Positions 18,884-27,751 of a stretch of DNA of 64,000 nucleotides are shown here, in pieces; position 1 is the stretch's first letter, and each line of letters begins with the position of its first letter. The DNA is from Gemmatimonadales bacterium (GTDB taxonomy: Bacteria > Gemmatimonadota > Gemmatimonadetes > Gemmatimonadales > GWC2-71-9), in NCBI GenBank assembly GCA_044869265.1, contig JBIOXD010000094.1, forward strand, positions 905-64,904. The letters run 5' to 3'. Under the pieces are notes generated by a model. That model made no database searches and had not been told where the DNA came from. It saw nothing but the letters and a program-made list of their open reading frames with translations. A program made the translations under genes and the position numbers.

Positions 18884-20995
18884 ATGCGGCCAGCGCTGAT
18901 CGTCCGCCTCGCTGTTTCTCTCGCCGCGCTCGCCAGCTTCGGTGCCGGAATCATCGCGTACACGAGTGGAAGAGTGCCGGCCGTGCCGAACCTGCCGCTC
19001 GTGGGGGCGTTGCTCCTTCTTGTCGCCGCGCTGTCGCGACGCTACGGCATCGCGTTACCCGGCAACGGTTTTTCGTCCTACGTCATCGGTGTAACGCTCT
19101 TCACAATCCTCGATCGCGGCTGGGCGTTCACCGCCATCGTTGCACCCTTCGCGATGCTGGTTGGGGACGTCTTTCTGCGTCGCCTGCCGCTGCGCGCCGC
19201 ACTGGCGAACGCCGCGCATCTTACGACTGGATCGACGTTGGTGGGCTGGATGTACGCGCGCCTCGGTGGTATGTCGGGCGCCGGAGCTCTCGCTCTCGAC
19301 AATCTCGCGCCGCAGGCGCTCACCGTCGCGCTGCTGCCGATCATCGTGAACGGCACTTTCTATCTCGAGCTCGCCCTGGGTCGGACGGTTGCCTGGGTGG
19401 ACGCGCGGCTCACGATGCGCTGGGAAGCCATCGTCTATCTGGTGTCCGCCGCTCTTGCCCTCGCGTGGTTGACACTGCTGCACACCGCCGTGCCGATAGG
19501 ACCGCGCCTGTTCCTGGGCGGCGCGCTGGGACTGGCGACCGCAGGGACCCTGTACGTCCTGCGACTCGGCGTGCGGGCCGACGAACTGAATCTCATTCAG
19601 CGCCTCGCCCAGGTGATCGCCGCGGAGCTGACGTTGAGCCATAGCTTTGAGCGCGTGCAGCAGCTCACTCGCCAGCTCGTGCCGTGGGAGCACATGGGCT
19701 TTGCGCGCTACGATCCTCGGACTCGTGAAATGGAGCTGGTCGTCGACACGGCCGCGACCTCCTCGGGCAGTGCACAAGGATCGGGGTTCCGCTTCGACGC
19801 GGACGCGGGGTTGACCGGCGAAGCGCTCCGGCTCCGGCGACCGGTTGTCGCGCATGGCTTGATCCGCGACCAGGTGGTTGTACCAAGCGCGGAGACACCC
19901 GGATCGGAGCTACTTGTGCCGCTCTTTCACGGGGGCACCCTCGTGGGATTGTGGAGCGTGCGGCACTCGGACCCGGACATGTACCGGCAATCGGACGGCG
20001 ACCTGCTCGAGTTGCTCGCACCGCAGCTCGCACTCATGGTCGCGATCGACGGTTCGCTGCGGCCGGTGACTGGCGCCTCCGATCAGACGACGCAGTACGT
20101 CCAGACTCTCAGAGCCGCGACGGAGGAGATCCACGCGTCGAGCCAGGAGGTCACGGCGTCGGCGCAGCGCGCGCGGCAGGGCGCCGGACACGCGGCCACA
20201 CTCGTGAACACCGCGGGCCATGAGGCTGAACTGCTCAAACACAGCGCGGCGGAGCTTGCCGCGGCCGGTGACCGCACGCGCCACGCCGGAGCCCAGATGG
20301 AGAAGACCACGGACCGAGTCCGCACGGGAACGCAGGCCGCCGTGCAGCAGCTGACGGACCTGGGCGCGACTACGGAGGAAAGCGCTGCCGAAGTGGGACG
20401 TCTGCGCGAAGTGGCCGCGCAGGTCGAGAAATTCTCCGAAACGATCGGCTTCGTAGCCAATCAGACCAACCTCCTGGCCCTCAACGCCACCATCGAAGCC
20501 GCGCGCGCCGGTATTCATGGCCGGGGATTCGGTGTAGTAGCCGATGAAGTGCACAAACTGGCGGAGGCAAGTGGGCGCGAAGCACGCAATGTCGGCAAGT
20601 CGGTCCAGGATACACGGCGCGCACTGGACCGCGCAGCCCAGTTGATCGAGCGCATCCGCGGCGATCTCAGTCAGGTCGTCCAGAGCTCCGCCGCCTGGGT
20701 CCAAGACCTCGACCGCATCGCCGAGGCGGCAGCGGACACCGCGCGAGCCGGCAAGGAGGTCGCTGACATCGGGCGCCAGAGCGCCGAGCTCGCGACAAAG
20801 ATCACCGAGACGCTCACGCAGGCTCGGAACAGCGCGCAGGCATCCACGCAGGAAACCGAAACGGTCGCCGCCGCGGCCGCCGAACAACTCCGAGCGATCC
20901 ACGATCTCGCCCGCGGCGCGACTCAGCTCTCCACGCTGGCCGAGCAGTTGTCCCAGGCGCTGCGATTCATTCGCGGGAGCAATGGTCATCCGTAG
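18884..20995 (+). CDS. Methyl-accepting chemotaxis-like protein (multi-TM sensor + GAF + MA domain)
   Basis: Hairpin-tip motif [34 protein letters not shown]; [22 protein letters not shown]; multiple N-terminal hydrophobic segments. Confidence 0.9.
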   Translation: MRPALIVRLAVSLAALASFGAGIIAYTSGRVPAVPNLPLVGALLLLVAALSRRYGIALPGNGFSSYVIGVTLFTILDRGWAFTAIVAPFAMLVGDVFLRRLPLRAALANAAHLTTGSTLVGWMYARLGGMSGAGALALDNLAPQALTVALLPIIVNGTFYLELALGRTVAWVDARLTMRWEAIVYLVSAALALAWLTLLHTAVPIGPRLFLGGALGLATAGTLYVLRLGVRADELNLIQRLAQVIAAELTLSHSFERVQQLTRQLVPWEHMGFARYDPRTREMELVVDTAATSSGSAQGSGFRFDADAGLTGEALRLRRPVVAHGLIRDQVVVPSAETPGSELLVPLFHGGTLVGLWSVRHSDPDMYRQSDGDLLELLAPQLALMVAIDGSLRPVTGASDQTTQYVQTLRAATEEIHASSQEVTASAQRARQGAGHAATLVNTAGHEAELLKHSAAELAAAGDRTRHAGAQMEKTTDRVRTGTQAAVQQLTDLGATTEESAAEVGRLREVAAQVEKFSETIGFVANQTNLLALNATIEAARAGIHGRGFGVVADEVHKLAEASGREARNVGKSVQDTRRALDRAAQLIERIRGDLSQVVQSSAAWVQDLDRIAEAAADTARAGKEVADIGRQSAELATKITETLTQARNSAQASTQETETVAAAAAEQLRAIHDLARGATQLSTLAEQLSQALRFIRGSNGHP

Positions 20996-22469
20996 ACTCG
21001 CGGGCACGGCCGGAGCTGTGCTCGTCGCGACTGTCGGGGTAGTGGGCTGCAGCGGAGAAAATACGAGTGGCACGCCGCCGGCAGGAATCGATTACGTCGC
21101 CGGCGCGATCGAGCCGTTCGTCGAACGCGGCGAGCGCATCGCAATCGAGGGTTTCGGTTTCGGAACGGACCGCGGCACCGTGCGGTTCACGCGCACTGGC
21201 GGCGGGTTTGTCGAGGGAGTGGTCGCCGATTCCGCCTGGACGCCATTTGCAATCACTACGGTCGTTCCTGATTCGGCGGCCCTGGGGCGACAAGCGCTCG
21301 ACATCATCACCGCGACAGGGACCGAGATCATCTCGACGATCCATGTCCTGGCTCGCGCTTCCTTCAATCCCCTCACGCTGACGTGGGTCGCTCGCGACTC
21401 GTACCCGGGCGCGCCACTCGGGATCGCGCTGACCGCGGCGACCTTCCCGAGCGGCGGCGATTTACGAACGACGCTGTACGCGGCGGGCGGCGCCGAGCCG
21501 CCTTTGATGACGCCCGACTCCGGCGTTTACGTCGCACGGGTGAGCGCTGGTGGGGCAGGGGCGATCGAGCCCTGGACCCGCCAGCGTGATACGTCCGATC
21601 CGGCACTCAGCCGGGTACTCCCCGTACCGCGCGGGTTCGCCGCGGGGGCGGTCGCCACGCCCCACAACTCGCGGTTTGCAGGCACCGCGTTGTACGTGAT
21701 CGGTGGAACTGACCAGGCTGGAGTGCCACAGGCATCCGTGCTCGGGGCGAACGTGACCCCCGACAGTGTCAGTGCGCGATTCGTGTTCCTCGAGCCGCTG
21801 CCCGCGCCACGCGCGGGGGCGATCGCCGTCGTGCGGCGCGGCAGGATCTACGTGATCGGTGGAACCGATGCGTCGGGCCGGCCGCAGAACACCGTGTTCA
21901 TGGGCCGGATCGGATTGGACGGGCACATCGATGGCTGGTACGTGGCGCCGCCCCTGCCGGCGCCACGGGCCTACGGAGGCGGGCTCGCGCGAGGCGAGTG
22001 GGTAGCCGCGCTTGGGGGGGTAGCCGACAGCGTACCCCCGGGAGGGGGCACAGATGCTGGATTATCCAGACTTGTGACGGGGGATACAGCGGCCGTAAGC
22101 CTGTTGACGGGATTCTTCACGGGTGCTTGGCAGTCTGCTGGAAGCCTTTTGCCCGAAGGCCGGTCTCAGTTTGCCTTACTCGACCTTGGCCAGACGGCGC
22201 TGGTTGTTGGTGGGATGTACGCCGGCGCATCGAGTAACGGTGCCGAGACACTGGCTGCGACGGTCACTGACGGTTCGGTGGGTCCGTTTACGGGCCCGGT
22301 GGGCACGAATCGGATCGCTGACCTGACCTGTCTCTCAGCGCCGGCCGGTACGCTCATAGGTCCAGCCGGTGTCAGTTGGTGGGAGACCGACGGAACTGCC
22401 CGCGGGCTAGTAGTTGGCGGGCTCGATTTGGCCACCCTAACGCGCCGCAGTTGCGCGTGGGGGTTCTGA
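20982..22469 (+). CDS. Lipoprotein with IPT/TIG-like domain and Kelch-type repeats
   Basis: VVGC lipobox; [18 protein letters not shown]....I..VP; repeated LYAAGG/LYVIGG/IYVIGG and LPAPR. Confidence 0.75.
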   Translation: MVIRRLAGTAGAVLVATVGVVGCSGENTSGTPPAGIDYVAGAIEPFVERGERIAIEGFGFGTDRGTVRFTRTGGGFVEGVVADSAWTPFAITTVVPDSAALGRQALDIITATGTEIISTIHVLARASFNPLTLTWVARDSYPGAPLGIALTAATFPSGGDLRTTLYAAGGAEPPLMTPDSGVYVARVSAGGAGAIEPWTRQRDTSDPALSRVLPVPRGFAAGAVATPHNSRFAGTALYVIGGTDQAGVPQASVLGANVTPDSVSARFVFLEPLPAPRAGAIAVVRRGRIYVIGGTDASGRPQNTVFMGRIGLDGHIDGWYVAPPLPAPRAYGGGLARGEWVAALGGVADSVPPGGGTDAGLSRLVTGDTAAVSLLTGFFTGAWQSAGSLLPEGRSQFALLDLGQTALVVGGMYAGASSNGAETLAATVTDGSVGPFTGPVGTNRIADLTCLSAPAGTLIGPAGVSWWETDGTARGLVVGGLDLATLTRRSCAWGF

Positions 22470-22518
22470 ACGAAACGCCGATTATCAACCTTGATTGCCC
22501 TAACCCGGGGATTCCGAC

Positions 22519-23883
22519 ATGCGCTCGCGAACGATCCTGCTTGTGCACTGCCTCGTAGCCCTTCCTGCGATCTCCACGGCCCAGCAGCGCACACATCAAT
22601 TCGAAATAGGAGCATTTGGCTCCTTCACGCGTTACGATCGGGCTTTCACGCTCGACAACCAGATGGGCGGTGGCGGCCGCCTGGGCTACTTCTTCAATCC
22701 CACCGTCGGATTCGAATTCGACGTCGGGTACCAACAGCCCTCTCCGACCTCCGGCGGAGGGGCGGCCACGCTCAGCCTGGGCGGCGCAAGCGTGACCTTC
22801 AACTTCGGTAACGACAAGAACCTGTTCTACGTCCTGGGCGGCTATTCACGCCTGAGCTTCGCCGACAACGCCGCTTATACCTTCGATGACAACGCCGTTC
22901 ACGGAGGGATCGGGGACAGGATCTTCCTGAACGAACGCCTCGCGCTGCGGCTCGAGGGTCGCGCTCTGTACGCACCCAACACGAATCACACCGGCGGCGG
23001 CTGGGCAGGTCACATCGTTGGCTCGGCTGGCCTGTCGATTTTCACCGGCCCGACCAGAGTCAGCGATGCTGATGGGGACGCGATTGTTGATAAGAAGGAT
23101 ACTTGCCCCAACACGCCCAAGGGCGCTTCGGTAGACGCGAAAGGATGTCCGAGCGATTCCGACGCCGACGGCGTCTACAATGGTCCCGACGTCTGCCCCA
23201 ACACGACCGGCGGTGCGGAAGTCGATGCCCGTGGGTGCCCGACCGATAGCGATGGCGACGGAGTCTACAACGGCATCGACAAGTGCCCCAACACATCGAC
23301 CACCAGTGGCGCCCGAATCGACCCCACGGGCTGTCCGGTGGACACCGATCGTGACGGCGTCTTCGACGGTATCGACAAGTGCCCGGGCACTCCGGCGGGC
23401 AAGGAAGTCGATGCGGTCGGATGCCAGCGCATCGTGGACACCGATGTCGACGGTGTCGATGACAGCAAGGACAAGTGCGCCGGGACGACCGCGGGAACGC
23501 GGGTCGATTCCGCCGGTTGCCCGATTCTGTTCCCCGAAGCGAAAACCACCGTGGTGCTGCGCGGCGTCACGTTCGAGCCGGGACGCGCAGCGCTCCGGCC
23601 GGACTCGTACACGATTCTGGACATCGTCGCGAGCTCTCTGATCGGGAACCCCGACATCAGGTTCGAGATCGCTGGTCACACAGATGCGACAGGATCGATG
23701 GCGACCAACACGCGCCTATCGCAGGCCCGCGCCGATGCGGTGATGGCCTATCTGGCGAGCAAAGGCGTGGCGCCCAACCGGATGACCGCGAGGGGCTATG
23801 GTCCGTCGCAGCCGGTCGCGCCTAACTCGACGTCGGATGGCCGGGCGTTGAACCGCCGTGTCGAGCTGCGGAAGCTCAATTGA
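22519..23883 (+). CDS. OmpA family protein: OM beta-barrel + 5 TSP3-like repeats + OmpA_C
   Basis: DxDxDGVxDxxDxCPxTxxGxxVDxxGCP x5; IAGHTD, LSQARADAV, NRRVEL. Confidence 0.93.
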   Translation: MRSRTILLVHCLVALPAISTAQQRTHQFEIGAFGSFTRYDRAFTLDNQMGGGGRLGYFFNPTVGFEFDVGYQQPSPTSGGGAATLSLGGASVTFNFGNDKNLFYVLGGYSRLSFADNAAYTFDDNAVHGGIGDRIFLNERLALRLEGRALYAPNTNHTGGGWAGHIVGSAGLSIFTGPTRVSDADGDAIVDKKDTCPNTPKGASVDAKGCPSDSDADGVYNGPDVCPNTTGGAEVDARGCPTDSDGDGVYNGIDKCPNTSTTSGARIDPTGCPVDTDRDGVFDGIDKCPGTPAGKEVDAVGCQRIVDTDVDGVDDSKDKCAGTTAGTRVDSAGCPILFPEAKTTVVLRGVTFEPGRAALRPDSYTILDIVASSLIGNPDIRFEIAGHTDATGSMATNTRLSQARADAVMAYLASKGVAPNRMTARGYGPSQPVAPNSTSDGRALNRRVELRKLN

Positions 23884-25556
23884 GACTCGCGCCGGTATTT
23901 CTGCTTGGCGTAGCATCCCTGAGCGTCTCACCCGTAGCGGCGCAGAACGCGCGCCGCTACGAGGTGGGATTGTTCGGCTCGTTTACGAAATACGACAAGA
24001 CGTTCACCGGTCTCGAGACCTTGCGCGGGGGCGGCGCGCGGTTCGCGTACGCGCTGAACTCGAAGGCTGCTCTCGAAGTCGAGGTGGTGTTCCAGACACC
24101 CGTGACCGGGTTGACTTCCGGCGAAGTCGCGCCGGTCATCGGGGCTGGGAGCGTCGTGTTCTATCCGTTCAACGTGGATCGCATAGCGGCCTACGTGGTG
24201 GGCGGCTACTCGAGGCTCGATTTCGGCTCCGCGAGTCCCTACGACTTCACAGATGGCGGCTTCCATGCGGGGGCGGGCGGTAAGTTTTTCCTGAGCTCGC
24301 GCGTCGCGTTCCGGGTCGAAGCACGCGGCATCTACACGCCTCAAACGCAGAGCACGTTGGCCACCGGCAGCGTGACCCACGTCGTGGGATCGGCGGGATT
24401 GTCGTTCTTCCAATCGAGCGGCGCACCGGCGGCCGATGAAGACCGCGACCGCGTCTCGGACGGGAAGGACGAATGTCCCGCGACGCCCGCGGGCGCGAAG
24501 GTGGATGGTCGCGGCTGCCCGAGCGACGATGACAGAGACACCGTGCTCAACGGGATCGACCTCTGTCCCAACACCCCGCAAGGAGCCACGGTCGACACGA
24601 AGGGCTGCCCAAGTGATTCCGACGGTGACAGGGTGTTTGACGGCATCGATCAGTGCCCCGACACGCCGCCCGGTGTTCCCGTGGACGCCAGGGGTTGCAC
24701 CGGCGATTCGGACGCTGACGGAGTGAAGGACGGCGCCGACCAGTGTCCCAATACGCCGCTCGGCGCGACGGTGGATCCAAGCGGATGTCCGATCGACAGC
24801 GATCAGGACACCGTCTGGGACGGGATCGACAAGTGCCCCGACACTCCGGTCGGCGCGACGGTCGATGCCACTGGCTGCCCGCTGGATTCGGACCGCGACA
24901 AGGTGCCGGATGGCACCGACCGGTGCCCGGACACCCCGCCCAACACGCCGGTTGACTCGTACGGCTGCCCGGCGGACACCGACCACGACGGCGTGGGTGA
25001 CGGGGTCGATAAGTGCCCCAACACGCCACCGGGGACCAAGGTCGATGCGGACGGTTGTCCGATCGCAAATGACACCGACGGGGACGGAGTAACCGATCCC
25101 AACGACCGCTGCCCCAACACACCGAAGGGGTCGCGGGTCGACGATCATGGCTGTCTGCTGCTCTTCGAGACGGTGGCCCCCGCGGTCGCCGGTGCCGTGG
25201 CGGCTACCCCAGCCCGTCCCACGCTCATCCTCACGGGCGTGAACTTCGAATCCGGCCGCTCGGTCCTCACGGTGCCGTCATATGTCGTGCTCGATCAGGT
25301 CGCGGCGTCACTCGTGGCGAACCCCGAGATCCGTATTGAGATTGCCGGCTACACCGATTCCACCGGCGGCAAGCGAATGAACCTGGGACTGTCGATGGCA
25401 CGCGCGGCTGCAGTACGTGCGTACCTCGCGCGTAAAGGCGTGAGCCCCTACCGGATGCGAGCCCAGGGATACGGTGCGTCAGGCTACATCGCGCCGAACG
25501 CGACACCGGAAGGGCGTGCGAAGAACAGGCGCGTGGAGCTGCATAAACTCAACTGA
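23880..25556 (+). CDS. OmpA family protein paralog with 8 TSP3-like repeats
   Basis: Same architecture with 8 repeats; IAGYTD, LSMARAAAV, NRRVEL; TTGA overlap with the previous gene. Confidence 0.93.
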   Translation: MRLAPVFLLGVASLSVSPVAAQNARRYEVGLFGSFTKYDKTFTGLETLRGGGARFAYALNSKAALEVEVVFQTPVTGLTSGEVAPVIGAGSVVFYPFNVDRIAAYVVGGYSRLDFGSASPYDFTDGGFHAGAGGKFFLSSRVAFRVEARGIYTPQTQSTLATGSVTHVVGSAGLSFFQSSGAPAADEDRDRVSDGKDECPATPAGAKVDGRGCPSDDDRDTVLNGIDLCPNTPQGATVDTKGCPSDSDGDRVFDGIDQCPDTPPGVPVDARGCTGDSDADGVKDGADQCPNTPLGATVDPSGCPIDSDQDTVWDGIDKCPDTPVGATVDATGCPLDSDRDKVPDGTDRCPDTPPNTPVDSYGCPADTDHDGVGDGVDKCPNTPPGTKVDADGCPIANDTDGDGVTDPNDRCPNTPKGSRVDDHGCLLLFETVAPAVAGAVAATPARPTLILTGVNFESGRSVLTVPSYVVLDQVAASLVANPEIRIEIAGYTDSTGGKRMNLGLSMARAAAVRAYLARKGVSPYRMRAQGYGASGYIAPNATPEGRAKNRRVELHKLN

Positions 25557-25651
25557 CGGACCGTTGGACTCTCAGAGTGAACCGACCCCTGTCGCGCGCT
25601 GCGACCGGGGTCGGTAATTTTTGGGAACCCACGACGATTCGCGAGCTCCTT

Positions 25652-27751
25652 ATGCGCAAACTGATGATCGCACTGCTTCTTCTGTCCACCGGTCCGACGG
25701 TCCAACGGTCCGCTGCGCAGACCCGGCCTTGGCAAGCAACCGACTACTATCGGCTGACGGTGGTTACCAACCCGAAGCTCTCTCCCGACGCTCGCCGCAT
25801 CGCATTCGTCGTGACGACCGTCGTGGAGGACAAAGACCGGCGCCACAACGAGATCTGGGTCGCGCCGACCGATGGCTCGGGCACACCGTTCCGCTACACG
25901 AGTCCATCGACTGAAGCGTCCAGCCCGTCCTGGTCCCCCGACGGCTCCCTGCTGGCGTTCACGAGCAGGCGCGAAGGCTCCGACGACGACGTCTGGTTCT
26001 TGCGCACAACGGCGCCCGGCGGGGAGGCCTTCCAGATCAAGGGCGTGCACGCACTGCCGGAGTTCTCGCGCGATGGAAAGTGGCTGCTATACGAATGGCG
26101 AGGCGAAGAGCCCGACAGCATGAAGAAGGAAACGTGGCGCAACCGCGTATCGCCCGTCGCCATCACCCACGGGCCCGATCCCAAACGATTCGACGGGCGC
26201 GTGTACACGTCCATTCCGATTGTCGCCGATGAGCGCGGCTATCTCGCGCCTCGCGAAACACGCCGGCCGAGCCACCTGTATCTCGTGTCACGCGACGGCG
26301 GGACTCCGCGGCAGCTCACCAGCGGCGAGCTGAGCCAGAATGCCCCGGCGTGGTCCCCGGACGGCCGTACGATCGCGTTCGTGCAAGACTCAACAGAAAG
26401 ATCCGAGGTTCGCGACCAGGTCAGGCCGTCGATTCATCTGCTCACCGTGGCCGACGCCTCGACCCGGCAGCTGGCGACAGGATTCACCGAGAGCACCGAT
26501 CCGGCGTGGTCGCCGGATGGCCGAACGATCGCGTTCGGATGCTCCAAGGGTCGCGGGCTCGAAAACGACATCTGCACGATAGCCGCTAGTGGTGGAACGG
26601 GGGGGGCGCGCAATCTCACGGCGGACTGGAGCCTGGATCCGAGCGCGCCCACCTGGTCGGTCGACGGCAAGACGATCTACTTCAGCGCGGAGGCGCGCGG
26701 CAACGTGCATCTGTTTGCCGTGGATGCGACGGGTGGACCGGTGCGACAAGTGACGAGCGGCGAGCGCCAGCTGCGCGGCTTTTCGATCGGCGCGGACGGC
26801 CGGTCAGTCACGTACACGGCCAGCGACATCACACATGGAACGGAGCTCTATGTCGCACCGCTCGCCCGCGCGGCGCAAGAGCGGCGGCTCACGTCGTTCA
26901 ACGATTCCCTCTTCAAACAGATCGCCGTCATTCCCGCCGACTCGTTCTGGTTCACGGGCGTGAGCGGGTTGAAGATCCAGGGCTGGCTGATGAAGCCGCA
27001 CGGCTATCAACCGGGCAAGCGCTATCCTCTGGTGCTGTCGATTCACGGGGGCCCGCACTCGAATTACGGCAACGTGCTCTTCCCTGAGTTCCAGATGCTC
27101 GCGGGTCAGGGCTACTGGATGTTGTTCACCAATCCGCGGGGCTCGAGCGGCTACGGTCACGATTTCACATTCTCGACGCGCGGCCGTTGGGGAATGGAAG
27201 ATTACCAGGATTTGATGCAGGCGGTCGACGTGGCGATCGCGCGGGCCCAAGGCGGGGTGGACACGACGCGCATGGCCGTGCTTGGCGGCTCCTACGGCGG
27301 CTTCATGACCAACTGGATCGTGGGCCGCACGAACCGGTTCCGCGTGGCGCAGACTGACCGCTCGATTTTCAACTGGTATTCCTGGTACGGCTCATCGGAC
27401 GCGCAGGGCCTGACCGATTACGAATTCCACGGGACGCCGTGGGAGAGTGATTCGCTCTACCGCGCGCTGTCGCCGATGACGTACGCGAGCAACATGCGCA
27501 CGCCGATGCTCATCGTGCACTCCGAGGACGACAAACGCACACCCATCACGGATGGCGAACAGCTGTTCGTGTCCCTGCGCAAACGCGGTGTTCCGGCGGA
27601 GTTCGTGCGCTACCCGCGCTCCTACCACGGCCTCTCGCGCACCGGACCGCCGTGGCTGCTGGTCGACCGGTTGGAGCGCATTCGCACCTGGTTTGCGCAT
27701 TGGATTGGGACGGGTGACGCGCCGCCGGCGGCCGCGGCTGGGTTGCATTGA
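25652..27751 (+). CDS. S9 family (prolyl oligopeptidase/acylaminoacyl) peptidase
   Basis: WSPDG propeller repeats, IHGGP, NPRGSSGYG, GGSYGG, Asp (HSEDD) and His (SYHG). Confidence 0.95.
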   Translation: MRKLMIALLLLSTGPTVQRSAAQTRPWQATDYYRLTVVTNPKLSPDARRIAFVVTTVVEDKDRRHNEIWVAPTDGSGTPFRYTSPSTEASSPSWSPDGSLLAFTSRREGSDDDVWFLRTTAPGGEAFQIKGVHALPEFSRDGKWLLYEWRGEEPDSMKKETWRNRVSPVAITHGPDPKRFDGRVYTSIPIVADERGYLAPRETRRPSHLYLVSRDGGTPRQLTSGELSQNAPAWSPDGRTIAFVQDSTERSEVRDQVRPSIHLLTVADASTRQLATGFTESTDPAWSPDGRTIAFGCSKGRGLENDICTIAASGGTGGARNLTADWSLDPSAPTWSVDGKTIYFSAEARGNVHLFAVDATGGPVRQVTSGERQLRGFSIGADGRSVTYTASDITHGTELYVAPLARAAQERRLTSFNDSLFKQIAVIPADSFWFTGVSGLKIQGWLMKPHGYQPGKRYPLVLSIHGGPHSNYGNVLFPEFQMLAGQGYWMLFTNPRGSSGYGHDFTFSTRGRWGMEDYQDLMQAVDVAIARAQGGVDTTRMAVLGGSYGGFMTNWIVGRTNRFRVAQTDRSIFNWYSWYGSSDAQGLTDYEFHGTPWESDSLYRALSPMTYASNMRTPMLIVHSEDDKRTPITDGEQLFVSLRKRGVPAEFVRYPRSYHGLSRTGPPWLLVDRLERIRTWFAHWIGTGDAPPAAAAGLH
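25682..25713. repeat. Octamer tandem array C(G/T)GTCCnn x4 within the S9 signal peptide
   Basis: ctgtccac cggtccga cggtccaa cggtccgc; encodes LSTGPTVQRSA. Confidence 0.8.

Noticed and set aside
23060-25160. Roughly 90-nt periodic repeats as a possible CRISPR array
   Set aside because: They are degenerate protein-coding TSP3 repeats with synonymous variation; no identical repeats, spacers or cas genes.
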